A program made the translations under genes and the position numbers. A DNA stretch of 63,663 nt, counting the filler, from Hyphochytrium catenoides (Eukaryota; Protista; Hyphochytriomycota): NCBI GenBank assembly GCA_900088475.1. It is 6 parts of 6 records of this genome, joined end to end, with 100 filler letters (N's around TTAATTAATTAA, not from the genome) between each part and the next. Parts side by side here need not be neighbours in the genome. Positions count along the whole stretch, not along the records: positions 58,645 to 63,663 come from FLMG01004029.1; 5 more parts are not named here. The stretch is one strand, 5' to 3'. The notes under the pieces were generated by a model that ran no database searches, had not been told where the DNA came from, and worked only from the letters and a program-made list of their open reading frames with translations. Below are positions 61,919 through 63,663 of the stretch, piece after piece. How positions within the stretch are numbered: the first letter of the stretch is position 1; the number at the start of each line of letters is the position of its first letter.

Positions 61919-63663
61919 CACCGTAGAGTAGAAAGCAGAGTAGAGAGAGAAAGTGAGACTGAGCTAGGAGAAAAGAGTTGCCTCCACGCCGACGGAACAA
62001 AGAGAAAGAGTGTGGTCGAATGGTAGATCAAGCAACAGGCGCAGGTGAGAGAACCTGGGCGCATGTGAAAGTGAGAGAGAGAGACCACTGGGAGGAGAGG
62101 AAAAGAAGAGAGACAGACAGCACTCACTCTTCTATTCTGGAGAGTTCTCTCTTGATGATCGTCTTCACGAACTTCTCTATATATCTTGGCAAGAATGCCT
62201 CATGCGCGGAACGATAGAGAGAAATGACTCTCTCTTTATCCGACGTTATGTAGGGACGGAGAACAGCTTCCCTTGCTATCTCTTTCGTCTCGTCTCCCTC
62301 ATCTCTCCTGTCTTCTCTCACTGCAAAAGTGCAGGCCCTGGGGAAGAAGAAGGAAGAGGCCACGTTCTCTCCTCTCTCAGCTTCCCGAAGCTTGTTCATC
62401 ATACTTCTTTGCAGCCTTTGAAGAGGAACCGTTTTCATAGTCTCTCTTGACTCCTTTTCTCTCCTTTCCTTCAGTTCGCCCAGCTTAAAGCCACCTACTA
62501 AGGCGTAGTGCTGATGGAACAGAAGAAGGTCCGCGTGCTCATCAAAGAGCTCCAGCTTTGCTATTCTGTCGGACAAAGAGAAAGAGACACAAGAGGAGAG
62601 AAGTTTTCGCGAAAAGAGAGAGAGATTTTAGCTGCCAGGCTAAGAGAGATGTTTAGACTTCAGCATGGAGTCCGATCATCAAAAGAAAGAGCAGATGGGT
62701 AAGCAAAGAGTCTCGCCTAGGACTGGAGAGAGACACGGTGAGAGAGTGAGAACAGACTTCTTATACCTCTCTCTCTCCTCTCTCCCTCCATACGCTCGAT
62801 GCCAGCCGTTCATATCCATAGCAAACTCCTGCTCCCATCCTCTCTCTTGGAACCTCCTTTTCAAGCTCTTCAGGTCGCCATAGACAGAGGAAGAGAGAAG
62901 CGCGCTCTCTTTTCCTCTCTCTTCAAAATAGCGGAGTAGATGCTTGCCATAGAGCGTAGAGAAGTTGGTAGGTTCATACGCGAGGAAGACAGAGGAAGAG
63001 AAGGTGGATGATGCCCATTCCAAGAGTGAGTCCCCATCTTCCGGACTCATATAAGCCTAAAGAGAGGCAAGGAACGAGAAAGAGAGTAAGAGAGAGAGAG
63101 CGAAGACGTGGAGGGGAGAGAGGGAATGAGGGACAGATAGAGGAGAGGTCAGCAAGACGGTGTGTGTGTGTGTGAGAGAGAGAGAGAGAAAGAGAGAGAC
63201 GGAGACAGACAGAGAGAGAAAGAGAGAGAGAGACGGAGACAGACAGAGAGAGAGAGAGAAAGAGAGAGTGAGAGAGAGAGAGAGATGAGAGTGGCGACAA
63301 GCAGCAGGATGTGATAAATCCAGTGCCAGAGCCAGTGAGAAAAAGAGAAAGACAGAGAAGCGCCGCCGAGACCCAGGCATAAATAAAATAGCCCCACAGC
63401 AGGGTAGGAGGAAAGTAAAGAGTCATAAAAAAGAGAGAGAGAAAGAGAGAGTGAGAAGACACCTATCCAGGGAAGAAGAGGGGTGTAGACACGAAACGAG
63501 AAAGAAAGTCATGTGTGGAGAAGGATTGCCATGCAACAAGACTATGGGGTTCCCATACCAGGACACATTCGGCAAGAAAAAAGGTGGGGAGAGAAGGGTC
63601 CACCCGCAGCTCTTTCAACAGCTTCTCTCCTAGACTCGAGACCTCAGAGAGGTCACATCCCAC
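60969..63663 (-). CDS. Leucine carboxyl methyltransferase (LCM) domain fused to a C-terminal GNAT acetyltransferase; 5' end outside the window
   Basis: Exons 63663-63559, 63056-62767, 62565-62128, 61809-61748, 61252-~60969, all phase-consistent. LCM motifs: PTFFLAECVLAYM, FLAYE, LELFDEHADLLLFHQHY. GNAT motifs: VLRPY..SD, FWVLELDGEVIGC, ELCRMAVSPRFQGQGIG, AVRLYKRRGY. Confidence 0.85.

Larger units (their letters stand above)
34..63460. repeat. Pervasive (GA)n/(CT)n microsatellites in introns and intergenic DNA
   Basis: Visible throughout, except for most of ~24.4-40.2 kb, 10.5-12.3 kb and the PTB contig. Confidence 0.97.

Noticed and set aside
254-63462. Hundreds of SLSLSL/RERERE ORFs in the six-frame track
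   Set aside because: These are translations of (CT)n/(GA)n microsatellites in introns and intergenic DNA.

Overview
Eukaryotic nuclear DNA from a draft scaffold. The organism is flagellated (it carries DRC7); a protist or alga is inferred, but the exact taxon cannot be determined. Five 100-bp N gaps carry an artificial TTAATTAATTAA linker, so adjacency across them is unproven. Most genes have GT-AG introns filled with (GA)n/(CT)n microsatellites, which produce the hundreds of spurious 'SLSLSL'/'RERERE' ORFs in the track. Genes reconstructed by hand, in order: Tudor-SN/SND1 (3' part), an intronless multicopper oxidase broken by three frameshifts, a candidate Sororin-like protein, two identical tRNA-Pro(AGG) genes, GILT thiol reductase, and GGPP synthase (convergent with GILT, with overlapping stop codons). 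Further on come an intronless FAD/NAD(P) oxidoreductase, two convergent secreted aerolysin/ETX-MTX2-like beta-pore-forming protein paralogs, a Cys-rich type I membrane protein, DRC7, a PTB/hnRNP-L-like RRM protein, a WHEP-domain fragment, glucose-6-phosphate 1-epimerase, and a leucine-carboxyl-methyltransferase–GNAT fusion. The strongest candidate for a new system is the toxin-like gene pair (35.0-38.8 kb), which sits in a microsatellite-poor island of intronless genes. All family assignments come from motif recognition, not database searches.
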